A DNA stretch of 62,831 nucleotides, filler included, from Vannella sp. (Eukaryota), in assembly GCA_023345925.1 (NCBI GenBank). It is 6 parts of 6 records of this genome, joined end to end, with 100 filler letters (N's around TTAATTAATTAA, not from the genome) between each part and the next. Parts side by side here need not be neighbours in the genome. Positions count along the whole stretch, not along the records: positions 35,662 to 47,470 come from JAJQQN010000761.1; positions 47,571 to 55,850 come from JAJQQN010000767.1; 4 more parts are not named here. One strand, written 5' to 3'. The notes under the pieces are model-generated. The model was not told the origin of the DNA and searched no databases. It was given only the letters and a program-made list of their open reading frames with translations. Position numbers and translations under genes: made by a program. Of this stretch, positions 37,631 to 49,016 are shown piece by piece (the stretch's first letter is position 1; each line of letters begins with the position of its first letter).

Positions 37631-39365
37631 ATGGCGGACGACTTGCCTGGCTGGGAGGACATCCGCAGGGGCATTAGAGCGTCGGGGGAGGTGCATGAAG
37701 CAGCGTGTGAGAAGTTGGCGGACTTGATGAGGCGTAGGCTCACGCGGTAAGCGAAACGGAAGCCGAGGAGGGTCTGACCAAGCGGGGAAGGGCAAACAAG
37801 CAGAAGTTCTACGGAGCCATTCAGACCCTGAGCACACAACTCAACTACACCATGGACGAGGCTACCCCTGCTTGTCGGAGGGTCTTCGAGACCGCGCTCT
37901 CCTTGAAATGCGTGCAAGAATGGTCTCCCGGCTTTCTCCGGAACATTATGGCCTGGTCGAAGCTACTTGAGGCTTATGTGCCTCCCGCAACCTCTTCCAC
38001 TCCACTTACCTGGAAGAGTAAATACCCTGCCATGTCCCTTCCTCACCTTAGCGACCAAACAGGACCAGAAACTCGTATTTCCCCATTCCCTCTTGTTCCG
38101 CAGGAGGAGGAAAGTGGCACATCTGATGAAGAAGAAGAGGATAATCTTCCAGTTCGAGCCGTAGTGCCTTTTCAAGGGCCAACGCTGCCACCGCCAACAA
38201 CGGCAAGATTTCCTTTTTTGAAATTTGAGGGAGATCCTCTTCTGGCCCCGCAGACTTTAGGGCATTTTCCTTCTGCGCAGCTGGTGGGTCGCTTATCCTT
38301 CCCAGTGGCGCCTTCTTTACTAGAACAGAACCGAAGGGAAAAGAGGAAAGGTTCTATCTTTACGATCCGATTGCTGACTCAGGATACGTTAGTGACTCTC
38401 TCTCTCTCTTCCTCTCTTTGTTCCCTGCCTTTCGTTAACTCAAAAGCTCAGAGAGACTTGGGAGGCTGTCACATTCCCCTCTGACTCTCATTATCGCCTC
38501 AACGGTGCTCCTCTGGTTCTGAAAAAGCCGGTGGGAAGGGGCGAATTCAACTTTGGATATGATATCACTTCTTATTGCCACGTTGGCACGAATCAACTCG
38601 TTATCACAGCGAAAAAATGCTGCTGCGTAAGTGCGATCCCCGTCTCGTCTCGCCTCGTCTCGTCTTCTCCACTACATATACATTCGTACAAAGTACCTCA
38701 GTACTGAACACCCAAATCCCAGAACATCATATTCTCTGTTCGAGCTGTCCGAGACTTTTCGGAGGAATTGTACAAACAAGTGCTCTCCAACAAACTAGGC
38801 CGAGAGTCGAGTCTCAAGCGAAGTGAGACTCTTTCCTTTCATCGTCGTGGTCTCTCGCTCACCCTGCCAAGTTAAAGAGTCGTTTGGGGACAACGACGAC
38901 GTTGTCCAATTGCACATTACTGTCTCCCTTCTGTGCCCTCTCAGCCAAACATTCATTGGAGTGCCCGTGCGAGGGCGGAAATGCCGGCATGTTCAGTGCT
39001 TCGATTTGAGAGCTTACCTTCAAATGAACAAGTCCAATCCCTCGTGGTCCTGCCCCTCGTGTGCAGTGCAGACGCCGTGGAGTGAATTGATAGTGGACGA
39101 GTATATGCAAAGCATTCTCGTTGCCGTCGGCAGCGAGGACATTGGGGAAAGCATTCAGCTCCAAAAGGATGGAACGTGGGCTCTCTTTCAAGTACAATTC
39201 GACGATCACTCCGAGTCCGATAGCGAAGAGGAACCTTCCAAACTCTCCAAACGTCCTCGTCCTTCCGATCTACCGTTTGCCCCTCCTCCGCCCAAAGTCA
39301 TGCGAACGTCTTCGAGGGCTTCCCTGGCAGAGGAACCAATCTTCATAGACTTGACTCTCGACTAG
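37631..39365 (+). CDS. SP-RING (MIZ) SUMO E3 ligase, PIAS/Siz-like, about 4 introns
   Basis: VSLLCPLS..PVRGRKCRHVQCFDL..WSCPSC..L.VDEY and a C-terminal SIM (IFIDLTLD). Intron 37747-37790 links ATG 37631 in frame. Confidence 0.88.
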
Positions 39366-39425
39366 CCCCCCTTTTGGGTCGAAGGGCCGTTCCGGTCGGT
39401 TCATGTGAATAAATAAACAAATGAG

Positions 39426-39463
39426 TGAATGAATGAATGAATGAATGAATGAATGAATGAATG
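39426..39463. repeat. (TGAA)9 microsatellite between convergent 3' ends
   Basis: Perfect tetramer run just after AATAAATAAA. Confidence 0.95.
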
Positions 39464-39579
39464 TTCATCATAGAAGTCACTCCACCATAAAGGATTTGAA
39501 CTTAAAGGAAGTCTATTCAATTGCTACTCAATACAAAGGTGTTTGCGCCGGAACAAAACTGAGAGAGTGGACTGCACTC

Positions 39580-41721
39580 TCAATAGCCGCCCCCGCCTCG
39601 ACCGCCGCCTCGGCCTCCACCGCGGCCACCTCCTCGACCACCTCCGCCTCCATAACCGCCACCGCCTCCTCGGCCACCTCCGCCTCCATAGCCACCGCCT
39701 CCGCGGCCGCCATCTCTGTTGCCATAACTGCTTCCGCCTCCACGACCGCCTCCTCGGCCATAGCTTCCACCACCTCCTCGGCCGCCGCCATAGCCGCCTC
39801 CACCGCCATAGCCACCACCGCCTCCGCCGCTCCCGTAACCTCCCCGGCTTCGTTCCTCTCGCTCCTCAAGTTCAGGAAGCTCCTTGCAGATCTCAAAAGA
39901 AACGCCCTGCATGTCGTACGAGTCTTGGTTCTCAATCAAACTCTCAGCGACTTGAGTTGGCATGTCCACGACGGCGCCAGAATCGCACAATCGGATCTCT
40001 TTGATCTGAGAGACTTGGTTGGCCTGAATGTAGCGAGAGAGCATGTTGACGATGTAAGAAGGCGAGAATATCTTCTTTTCGCTCTTCAGCTCGACAGTGG
40101 TGTAGCCCACTTGGGAGGAGAGCAGGGATCTCTGCTGCTGCGGCTTATCATAACCGCTAATCACTGCCAACGCTGCTGCCAAAGCCTCCTCTGCGGATGA
40201 GGAAGCGATGAGTTGGGAGGCTTTGGGAGTGAAGAGGTCAACCATGTCTCCATGAACGTCCTCGATGCGTCGGCAGGCCTCTGCAGCGCCCACTTCTACC
40301 AATTGATCGAGTTGGGGTGTTCCAATGCGGAGGAACTTCATTCCCGTGTTGTTCTCGAGCTGCTTCAACGAGTTGACCTCGCGGGGAGTAAAGAAAGTCA
40401 CGCACGTGCCCGACTTGCCAGCGCGGCCAGTTCGGCCAGCTCGGTGAATGTACGTTTCGTGATCACGCGGGGGCTCTGTTTGAATGACCAACGTGATGCC
40501 GTCAATGTCCAAACCGCGAGCAGCGACATCAGTGGCGACCAGCACGTCGAACTTGCCCTCTCGGAAGGAGTTCATTGTGACTTCGCGCTGTGCCTGGTTA
40601 ATGTCTCCGTGCAGCACCTGGCAGTCATTGGAGATGGAAGAGTTCAAAGCGATCTCGTTACACTCGCTCTTCGTGTTGGCAAAGACGAGAGTGCGGCCCT
40701 TCAGGCCAGAGTAGACCTTCACCACATCAGACAAGGTCTGCTGACGGACAGCTCGAGAGCAGGAGATGGCCATGTGTTGCACCGTTTGAGAGGTTTGAAG
40801 GAGCTCGGACCCCACAAAGTCAATGGTCACGGAGGGGTTCTTAAAGTACTTGGAAGTCAACTGTTTGACCCAATCTGGCATCGTTGCGGAGAACAGAAGC
40901 GTTTGGAAGGATGTTCCTTTCGGGATGGCTTTCAGAACGGACTCGATCGCGTCGGCGAAGCCAAAGTTGAGCATCTCATCGGCTTCGTCAAGCACCATAA
41001 AGTCGATCGAGTCGAGGACAAGGTTGCCGCGCTCGGCGTGATCGATAACTCGACCAGGTGTGCCGACAACGATGTCCACACCCCTCCGCAGTTGGTTCTC
41101 TTGGGGCTCGTATCGTGTACCACCATATAGAAGGCAGCACTCGTACTCGCCAGCGATCTGCTCGACCACACGAGAGATTTGAATGGCAAGTTCGCGAGTA
41201 GGCGTCAAGATCAGGGCACGGGGACGTCTTCCACGGCTGAGTTGAGCTCCAGATCGTACAAAAGACTCGAAAATGGGGAGGACGAACCCCAGAGTCTTTC
41301 CAGAGCCCGTCCGGGCTTTCACCACGACGTCCTTTCCACTGTGGATGTGTTCAAACGTGTGCATTTGTACGGGGAACAGATGTGTGTAGTTGGCTTTGGT
41401 CATACAGTCGCGAGTCTGCTGCGAAAGGTACTCGACTTCGCTGAGCTCCACTTTGTTGCTGAAAGCAGAGTCCGAGCTCACGTCCAGGATCAGGTTCTCG
41501 TCTGTGTAAACTGTCTTTTGTTTCTTGGGTTTGGGTGCCTCTACAGCTTCCACAGCATCCTCCTCGAACTCAGCAAGGTTCCGTTTAGAGGGCTTTTTGA
41601 TCTTCTCCTCCTCCTTCTTCTCCTTCTTCTCTTCCTTCTTCTCGGTCTTCTTGATCTTCTCGGTCTTCTCAGACTTGACCTTCTTGTCGCTCTTACTCTT
41701 CTCCATCACCTTTCCGACCAT
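39580..41721 (-). CDS. DDX21: Nucleolar DEAD-box RNA helicase (DDX21/DDX50 family) with GUCT domain and RGG tail
   Basis: ARTGSGKT, PTRELA, DEADEML, SAT, HRAGRTGRAG, RSLLS GUCT region, Lys/Glu-rich N-terminus. Confidence 0.93.
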   Translation of the reverse strand: MVGKVMEKSKSDKKVKSEKTEKIKKTEKKEEKKEKKEEEKIKKPSKRNLAEFEEDAVEAVEAPKPKKQKTVYTDENLILDVSSDSAFSNKVELSEVEYLSQQTRDCMTKANYTHLFPVQMHTFEHIHSGKDVVVKARTGSGKTLGFVLPIFESFVRSGAQLSRGRRPRALILTPTRELAIQISRVVEQIAGEYECCLLYGGTRYEPQENQLRRGVDIVVGTPGRVIDHAERGNLVLDSIDFMVLDEADEMLNFGFADAIESVLKAIPKGTSFQTLLFSATMPDWVKQLTSKYFKNPSVTIDFVGSELLQTSQTVQHMAISCSRAVRQQTLSDVVKVYSGLKGRTLVFANTKSECNEIALNSSISNDCQVLHGDINQAQREVTMNSFREGKFDVLVATDVAARGLDIDGITLVIQTEPPRDHETYIHRAGRTGRAGKSGTCVTFFTPREVNSLKQLENNTGMKFLRIGTPQLDQLVEVGAAEACRRIEDVHGDMVDLFTPKASQLIASSSAEEALAAALAVISGYDKPQQQRSLLSSQVGYTTVELKSEKKIFSPSYIVNMLSRYIQANQVSQIKEIRLCDSGAVVDMPTQVAESLIENQDSYDMQGVSFEICKELPELEEREERSRGGYGSGGGGGGYGGGGGYGGGRGGGGSYGRGGGRGGGSSYGNRDGGRGGGGYGGGGGRGGGGGYGGGGGRGGGRGGGRGGGRGGGGY

Positions 41722-41896
41722 TGAGTGGCGATCAAGAGAGAAAAGAAGTGATCAGAAACTGTCCCGATTGGGCCATTGTTTTCTCTTTTCCTTGAATCAC
41801 CAAAATAGGCTGTACCACCTGTCTTCCATTCAATGCCAATTCAAACGAGTTATTGCTTTTTATTGCCCAATTCCATTTCCATTCTTTGGGAGCTCG

Positions 41897-42172
41897 ATGG
41901 TGTTCGCGTCTTACGATAAGTGGCGCGGTCACCCGATCTTCCGCTTTACTGGAGTGAAGGACCTGAAGCACTTGTTCCCTGGCTTTGGAACAGCAACTTG
42001 CTTGTTTGCAGGGTACTTGGCTTACAAGACCTTCGTGCAGCCCATGTTTGCCTCTCACGAGCACGAGGAGCACGGCCACGGTCATGGCGATCACCACACC
42101 CTCATCCATGGCGCCTCACACGCTCGCGCGCTTCTGGAGAATGCCAAACATAGCAAGGAAGCCCACCACTAA
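41897..42172 (+). CDS. NDUFB3: Mitochondrial complex I subunit NDUFB3/B12-like with His-rich tail
   Basis: KWRGHPIF..HLFPGFGTA...F..Y matches the B12 W.R.HP...PG.G pattern, with a single TM helix. Confidence 0.75.
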   Translation: MVFASYDKWRGHPIFRFTGVKDLKHLFPGFGTATCLFAGYLAYKTFVQPMFASHEHEEHGHGHGDHHTLIHGASHARALLENAKHSKEAHH

Positions 42173-42331
42173 GTGAAGACCTACAAAGCCAATAACAGCG
42201 AATCCCTCCCTTCTCCAACCTTAGTCGTGCTCAAGGGATCGCCCCATGGAAGAATCGGGCTACAAAAAGGTTTATGAGGGACATCCCACGACCTGAAGAA
42301 ACGCTGAAGGGGTAGAATACAAGGGAGCCGC

Positions 42332-42949
42332 TCAAAGTTTGATGATCTGCTGCTTCTTCGGCATCATGCGATGCAGGTTGATGAAGCGGGTAAACCGCTC
42401 GTACAGATGACGCTCCTCTTCAAACTGGTCGAACACTTCGCGATGGTGGAAGAAGCAATGAGCGAACAACCGGTAAAGACGGCGCGCAATCGATTGAAAG
42501 TGTTTTGCGGCAGGTTTGGGGATGCTCACGCGGCTATGGAAGAGTTTCGTATCGTTGAGTGTGTCTGAGGTCTGCTTAAGAGTATGAATGAAGTAGTCAA
42601 TAGCGCAGCACTGCTCGGGAGGCTCGTGCGCAGCGCAAAAGTATTCCCACTCGTCGGTACACTTCATGAGAGGGCACGTGGAGGCCGTGCAGACTCCCTC
42701 TAATAGAGCAACTAGCGACCCTAACTCCATAGTAAAGCGACGGAGATGCTCGTACTTCCAAACAGCTTCGTCTTGCTTGGGCGGCAGTTCCAACAGAGTG
42801 CGAACGTCCCCAGCTCCTTTGTGAACTAGAAGTTGGTCCAGATGCTGCTGCAAGGAGAGCGTACCATCCATATCTTCGATGTCCTGCATAGGCCACACAT
42901 TAAACTCTGCTGCCCGCGTTCCTGGGCGGTTCCTTCGCACCACGCTCAT
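42332..42949 (-). CDS. MOB4: MOB4/phocein
   Basis: RRNRPGT, LSLQQ, VWKYEHLR.F..EL, CAAH..P..C.AIDY..HTL, and RRLYRLFAH..FHH. Confidence 0.95.
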   Translation of the reverse strand: MSVVRRNRPGTRAAEFNVWPMQDIEDMDGTLSLQQHLDQLLVHKGAGDVRTLLELPPKQDEAVWKYEHLRRFTMELGSLVALLEGVCTASTCPLMKCTDEWEYFCAAHEPPEQCCAIDYFIHTLKQTSDTLNDTKLFHSRVSIPKPAAKHFQSIARRLYRLFAHCFFHHREVFDQFEEERHLYERFTRFINLHRMMPKKQQIIKL

Positions 42950-43097
42950 CCCGTCAGAGGAAGAGGAAATGCCCCTTTTCGCTTCCCAGCGCTCATTATA
43001 CTCCTAAGAGAGGAGAGAGGAGCTCTCTCTCGAGGATTAGCACTCTCCCTCTTCCCCTTCTTCCACTTTGAGGGCATTTCCCTTCCCTTTGGCGCTC

Positions 43098-44489
43098 ATG
43101 AACAACGAGGACACGCTTCAGCTGATCTATCAGTACATGCATGAGCAAGGCTATGAGAAGGCATTGGCTACACTTCAAGAGGATTCAGGAGTGAAGGAGG
43201 ATCGCGGACTCTTCGACAAGAACAGGCGCCTTCGCCACATCCTCAATGAACATCGCGAGTTCCAGCAGGCATTGCTAGGGCCGGACCCCTCCTCATTGGA
43301 TGAGATGACAGTGGATCAAGCGCTTAAAATCCAACAGCACCAGCCCATAGCCAGCGCCTCCCTTCTGAGTTTGAACGGAGCGCATGGCGGAGGTCTTGTC
43401 ACCATCCGTTGCTCCAGCTTCCCAGGCACCCCAGAGCCACGCACTTTCTTAGCTACTGCTGCTACGACACGTGAGATCAAGATATGGGACGTCTCTGGTG
43501 TCTCAGAAGATCCCCCTCGTGCGCCGGAGTGTCTTGGGACCATTCCGAGCTCCTCAACGTGCCTCACCATCGAGTTTCACCCTCGCATACCGTAAGTGGA
43601 GCTCTTTACCACTCACTGACCTAACAAGAGCCAAGGGGGATGATGATCTTCGGGATGATGGACGGAAGCGTCCGCATCTTGCGCAACGTTCACTTGCCAG
43701 GCCCAGAAGAGCTCTTCCACGACACTGAGCTTCACACCAAGTATGTGATCCGAGCCAAATGGGGCAAAGGATGCTTTGCAACGGCATCGTACGACCGAAC
43801 AGTCCATTTGTATCGTTTGGTCGCTGGCAGCACCGAAGAGGACGGTACCTACGAGCACACGCAGAAGTGGTCCTTCTCTGGCAACGTAGAGAGCTTAGAG
43901 TTCACCCCTGACAACTTGGCCTTGGTCGTGGCCGCCCGCGGGGACAATTATCTCAGTTACATTCAACTCCGGGACCTCTCAGTGAGCGCGCTTTGGTTCT
44001 CCTCATCCCTTGGTCTTACTCCTTCCCTTTAGATCACTCGCATTAACATGAACGCCACGGGGGATGACCATGTGAGCTTCACTGCCATGCACATTGAGTG
44101 CAGCCCAGACGGCAACCACATTCTGGTGCAAACAGACAAGGATCGCATCATCATCATGCGCACACATACTCCCATCCATTCGAAGAACCTCTACGGCACT
44201 GTCAATAACGAATTCAGCCAGCCCCGAGCCACCTGGCACCCTTCTGGGAAGTACATTTACGGAGTAAGTCACTTCCTCTCTCGTCCATGCCAGTAGCTCA
44301 TCAGACCCTCAGACCTCTCAAAACAACATGATCTTTGCCTGGGACGTCATCACAGAGCAGATTGTGGAGCGGCTAGTGGGTCACGTGGCGTACCCGCGCG
44401 ATTTGTGTTATCATCCTCACGCCGAAGTCCTTTTCACCTGTTCTTATGACAAGTCGTTCCGAGCGTGGGGCGTCAATGAGTCAACTTAA
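43098..44489 (+). CDS. LisH plus WD40-repeat protein, 3 introns
   Basis: LQLIYQYMHEQGYEKALATLQEDSGV (LisH), plus ATASYDRTV, WHPSGKYIY and LVGH..TCSYDKSFRAW. Confidence 0.85.
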
Positions 44490-44539
44490 CGCGTTAAACA
44501 CTGATCTCTTGAAAGTGTATTCGCTTTCTTCTGCCTCCT

Positions 44540-47009
44540 TTAGACAAGATCCTCGCGTCGAAGGAAGTAATAAGTGAAATAGTCGATGGAAGGGTGCAGC
44601 CATTGGTGGAAGTTTCGTTCGAACGAGTCGCTATCGAAGGGATTGTAAGGTCGGCCAGCAGGGTCCTTCATGTAGTGATAGCGGTGGCCATTCTCCATCT
44701 CATTGAAAGTGAGATTCAGTCCCACAGCTTGCGTAAACTGGTAGAGAGTGAAAGATTGCCAACTCATTTGCACCAGCTGCATCATCATAGAGGAGAAGAT
44801 TAAAGGGGCCCCGTGCCACATCAAGGGCAGGTTTGGCCACAAAGGGAAGATTGAATTGGGCAGTTCCGGAACACTCAAAAGATCTTCCCGTTCCTGCATC
44901 AGTCCAAAGAAGAGTGAAAGAAGAGAGAAACCTACAGGAGAGAACAATCTTGGCCCAAAGGCCGTGGCAGAGGAAGATCAAAAGTAACATTAAAGCAAAC
45001 CATTTGTGGTTGTGGAGCCCAATGCAAACATCCATCCACTGGCAGTGGTGGTCAAAACGAGCAACACAATGGCCGCAAGATTTGCAGTGCTTCGCACGCA
45101 AAGGCTTGGCCATCTGAGCACCAGATTAGTTGCCATCCTCATCAATGGATTGATTTTCAAACTGACCATGCAAGTGGTACACACATCGGGCACGCGTTCT
45201 CCAGCTTCCATCCTCTGTAATACAAAGTTCATATCGTTATGTGGCCCAGGTTTAACCACGCCTGGATTAGAGTTCGTCAGGTAAATGTACAAAGCACCGA
45301 TGGCCACATTCATCACAAAGAAGAACGGGGCCTCAATGGGATGTTGATGCCAATGCCAAGCAGCCATCTCCCGGAAATAGGTAATGGTACAAGTCCAATA
45401 CCCAATCACAAAGAGAGTCATCCAGAACTTGTTTGTTCGAATATCACTTGGCCAACTTGTCCCCAACAGCATCTTCCCCACTGAGGTACCAAAGCACACG
45501 ATTAAAAGAGAGAACCAAACCGGAAACTCGGTCATGCAAACGGCCAACATCCCGCTCATGAGCAAGCCAGCCAAAATCGTTCGAAGGATTTGAGCTCGCC
45601 GCTGCATTCCCAGTTAATATGAAGGCCCTAAGTGTCAGAAGAAGCTACGAACTCCATTAGCGGTGCGGTAATAACCGTAAAAGGAGGATTGTTCCCAAAT
45701 GCGGTTGGCCAAGCCAAAGTACCCTTTCCGCTCGGCTGCTTCGCTGGGGATGAGGCCTTCCCTATCTTCCACTTCAGAGTCAGCTCCTAGCTCCAGGAGA
45801 ATGCGTGCGGCTCCCTCTTGGCCTTTCGTAGCAGCCCAATGCAAAGGAGTGTTGCCGTCGATGTCTTGGAGGTTAATCGACGCGCGGCAGTTGACCAGCA
45901 GCCGAGTGAGGTTCTCATGACCAAGATACGATGCCCAGTGGAGCGCTGTGTGCCCAGCATGGTCTGTGGCATCCACAGAGACGCCCCCTCGCTTAATCAA
46001 ATAGTAGCAAACGAGCGCCTCGTTGTACTGGGCAGCATGTTGCAGTGCGTTGTAACCACGCTGGTCCTCCTGATGAAGATCTGCTCCGCGTTCCTTCAGA
46101 AGGAGAACGGCGGGAACGTTGCCAGCGATGCAAGCCCACATGAGAGGCGTTTGACCCTCCAATTGGTTGCCCGCGTCCATATTCGCCCCGCTATCGAGTA
46201 GATACTGAGCCACAGACAAGTGCCGAGGACTGTCAGGGGTATAAACAGCCCAGTGGAGCGGAGTGTTCCCTTCTCCGTCCAACTCTTGGATGTCCGCGCC
46301 CTCCCGTTCGATCAAGCTCCGCACCTCGTCAAGATCTCCCTTCCGTACAGCTTGGATAAGAGCTAAGTGAAGCCCCTTCAGTTAGTCCCGCGCCCAACAC
46401 GAAGGAAGCAGGCTGGAACGTACCGCTCGCTTCAAGTAAGGGCTCGTCCTCGGGTACTTCAGTGATGGAGAGGGAGGGGGAAGCTGCTGCTCCATGGTTG
46501 TGTCCACAGGTACCTCCTGGTCCATGAGAATGACCGTGCCCTCCAGCACCTCCAGCACCACCAGAGAGAGCCGCAAGAGCGTCAGCATTGAGGCCCATCC
46601 CACTCAATAGATGAGAAGGGATCGCTCCACTCTGCATGAGGCCTTGCATTTGAGACATCAACTGTTGCTGCTCTTCCGGGGACATGCCAGCCATCATTTG
46701 TCGCACTTGCTGCATCTGTTGGGCTTGAGAGCCTCCTAATCCTCCTGCCAGGGTGCTCAACTTAGAGAAGAAGCCACCCCCTCCTTGACTCGCCCCTGGC
46801 TGCCCTCCATGGCTATGTCCATGTCCCGAGCCGCCACTATGGGAGTGCCCATGGCCCGAATCACTCCCGCCCTGATCCGGCACAGGAGAGTAGTCCATCC
46901 TTCCACGATAGGTAGGAGGCATCGTCGGTGTTGGACGAGCACGAAGCGAGTCCCCTCCACTCAAAGCCAAAACATCCACGAGGGAAGGAACGTCCGGATC
47001 GTCCGCCAT
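44540..47009 (-). CDS. Ankyrin-repeat DHHC palmitoyltransferase (Akr1/ZDHHC13/17-like), about 4 introns
   Basis: Five to six ankyrin repeats, TM helices, [30 protein letters not shown] and NPFD motifs. Confidence 0.92.
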
Positions 47010-47065
47010 CCAAAAAGTGTTTCCTTTTCCCCTTTTCCCCTTTTCTCCTTTTAATATTAACTGGA

Positions 47066-47250
47066 ATGCCTTTGGGACATCACACGCTCCTCCTCTCCCT
47101 CAATGGTGGCCTTTTGGCTTTTGGGAGGAACAACAAGGGCCAACTCGGTCTGGGTCACAACAATAGCCAAGTGGAACTCACAGAGATCCCCTGGAATGGC
47201 CCCGCAGCCGATTCAGGTGGACTGTGGACACTATCACTCTCTCGTACTCC
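47066..47250 (+). pseudogene. Frameshifted RCC1-repeat fragment
   Basis: HTLLL..GGLLAFGRNNKGQLGLG..IPWNG, then after a one-base shift in the C-run at 47200-47203 PQPIQVDCGHYHSLVL. It decays afterwards. Confidence 0.7.
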
Positions 47251-47470
47251 AGGTGGGATGGTGAATTCCTGGTTGCTGTGGCGATCCCCCTCAACATGTC
47301 ACATACCGGCCCTTCCTGTCTACCCTTCACATCATAGTCCCCCGCATCGTCCCCAAAGCGCAAATCTTCACTACTAGAAGGTTGCCTTTGGGACTGCCCT
47401 TCGCCTTGCAGCTTACAAGCCTTGTTCAAGCATTCTTACATGATACACCTGGATCTTCTCACGTTGTGAC

Positions 47471-47570
47471 NNNNNNNNNNNNNNNNNNNNNNNNNNNNNN
47501 NNNNNNNNNNNNNNTTAATTAATTAANNNNNNNNNNNNNNNNNNNNNNNNNNNNNNNNNNNNNNNNNNNN
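47471..47570. other. Artificial contig-joining linker
   Basis: N-TTAATTAATTAA-N. Confidence 0.98.
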
Positions 47571-48768
47571 GGCACTTTGGTGGCCAAAATAGGCAACTTT
47601 GGGATATCTCGATCAGTAGGAAGCAACCAGTTTCTCACCCGCGCTATTGGTACCACCAATTACATGTCTCCAGAGCTCTTAGAGTCAAACGAGGTTCAAG
47701 CTGACTCCAAACTCCTCAAAGCAGACGTCTATGCCTTTGGGTGTATTCTCTGGGCGCTATGTGCCAATGAGGAACCCCACGTTGGTCAAACACATGCTGC
47801 CGTTCAAAGGATGGTCGATGCATCAAAGCAAAAAAGCGTTTTTGGGAAGTATCATACTCCTTTGAAGATCCCAGCGAGTTGTCCCAAGTCCTGGCGAAAA
47901 CTGTTAATCGCCTGCTGGGAGTATCATGCCGATTGTCGGCCACACTTTCGAATCATCCTTTCACACCTCATGGGCGAATCCACCAAGGTGAGATGATTCG
48001 GCCCTTTTGGGCCTGATCAATCACTAACTTTTGCGATAGAGGCGACAGCAGCTGGTAGCTAGTATGCTTGACTTTCTGCCAGATAGGAGGGATAAGGGGC
48101 ATTCATCTGGAGAGGAATTCAACCTTTCGCTCTCAGAAGAGGAATTGGGGGGAAAGAGGTACTCCTTGAGCAATGACTCAAGTGATCCTCCTTCAAATGA
48201 GTCAGTTAATTCTAACGTTCGACTCGACCTCTGGCGGGAGGATTCCACAGTCTCTTTCCTATCGCCACCCAGTGTTCGGATAACTACCGTTTCCCCAACG
48301 TCCTCTCTCTCCTCATCTCTCCCGAAGAAGTCGCGATCTAAAAGGAAGCTCAAGCCAACTTTAGATGGCCCTGTTGCTATGAGACTACAAAAGCGAATAA
48401 GCGAATCAAATCCACCAAGCCGACGAATCAGTGAATCGCTTCAAGCGAAGGAGAGCCCTCTCGCACAGGAAACTGCTTCCCTCGAGAGATCTCCACTCTT
48501 CCTCAGTTACCAATCAGTTCCACTTTTGGAGGAAGAAAGCTACCCAGGGCAGTATCTCATGGGCGAGTGGTTGGACCACAACCACTTTAGCCGCTTTCGT
48601 GTCCACTTTTTCGATCACGAGATCTCCCTGGACACCTTTCCCGACATGCAAAGAGCGGACTACAAGGACATTGGTATCTGCAAGGTTGGAGTGATCCTCG
48701 CGTTGATGAGGGCCTCGCAAGAGCTCGCCTCGACTTCTGGCGACACCACAAACTCCTTTCCCATTTGA
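47571..48768 (+). CDS. TKL-type kinase C-lobe plus SAM domain, 5'-truncated, intron 47988-48039
   Basis: AKIGNFG, GTTNYMSPE, ADVYAFG, CW..RP.F, and C-terminal SAM (EWL...F..HEI......D.KDIGI.KVG). Confidence 0.85.
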
Positions 48769-48912
48769 AACAAACTCCCTTTCTGACACTAAATAACCCT
48801 TCCTTGTACTTTTTTTCTTTATTTCAATGAGGTGAGGATCTGGGTGTGACATTCTGCAAAGATTACAAGGAATTGTTTGTTCTCTGAATCATCAATTTCT
48901 GTACACGTACAA

Positions 48913-48952
48913 TGATTGGTGGAACCGGCCTGGTAGTTTCTGGGGTATAAGT
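48913..48952 (+). promoter_or_regulatory. Reverse CCAAT box and TATA-like box upstream of eEF2
   Basis: TGATTGG near 48913 and TATAAG near 48946, about 70-100 bp before the ATG. Confidence 0.5.
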
Positions 48953-49016
48953 TGAGAAAGCGAAAGTTTGTCAGTTGTTCGCACACCTATTTCGCTTGTA
49001 GTTGTGATTGTCCAAC

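Noticed and set aside
39457..41724. Ala/Ser/Thr-rich and other ORFs overlapping DDX21
   Set aside because: Alternative-frame readings of the GGY/RGG tail and biased codons
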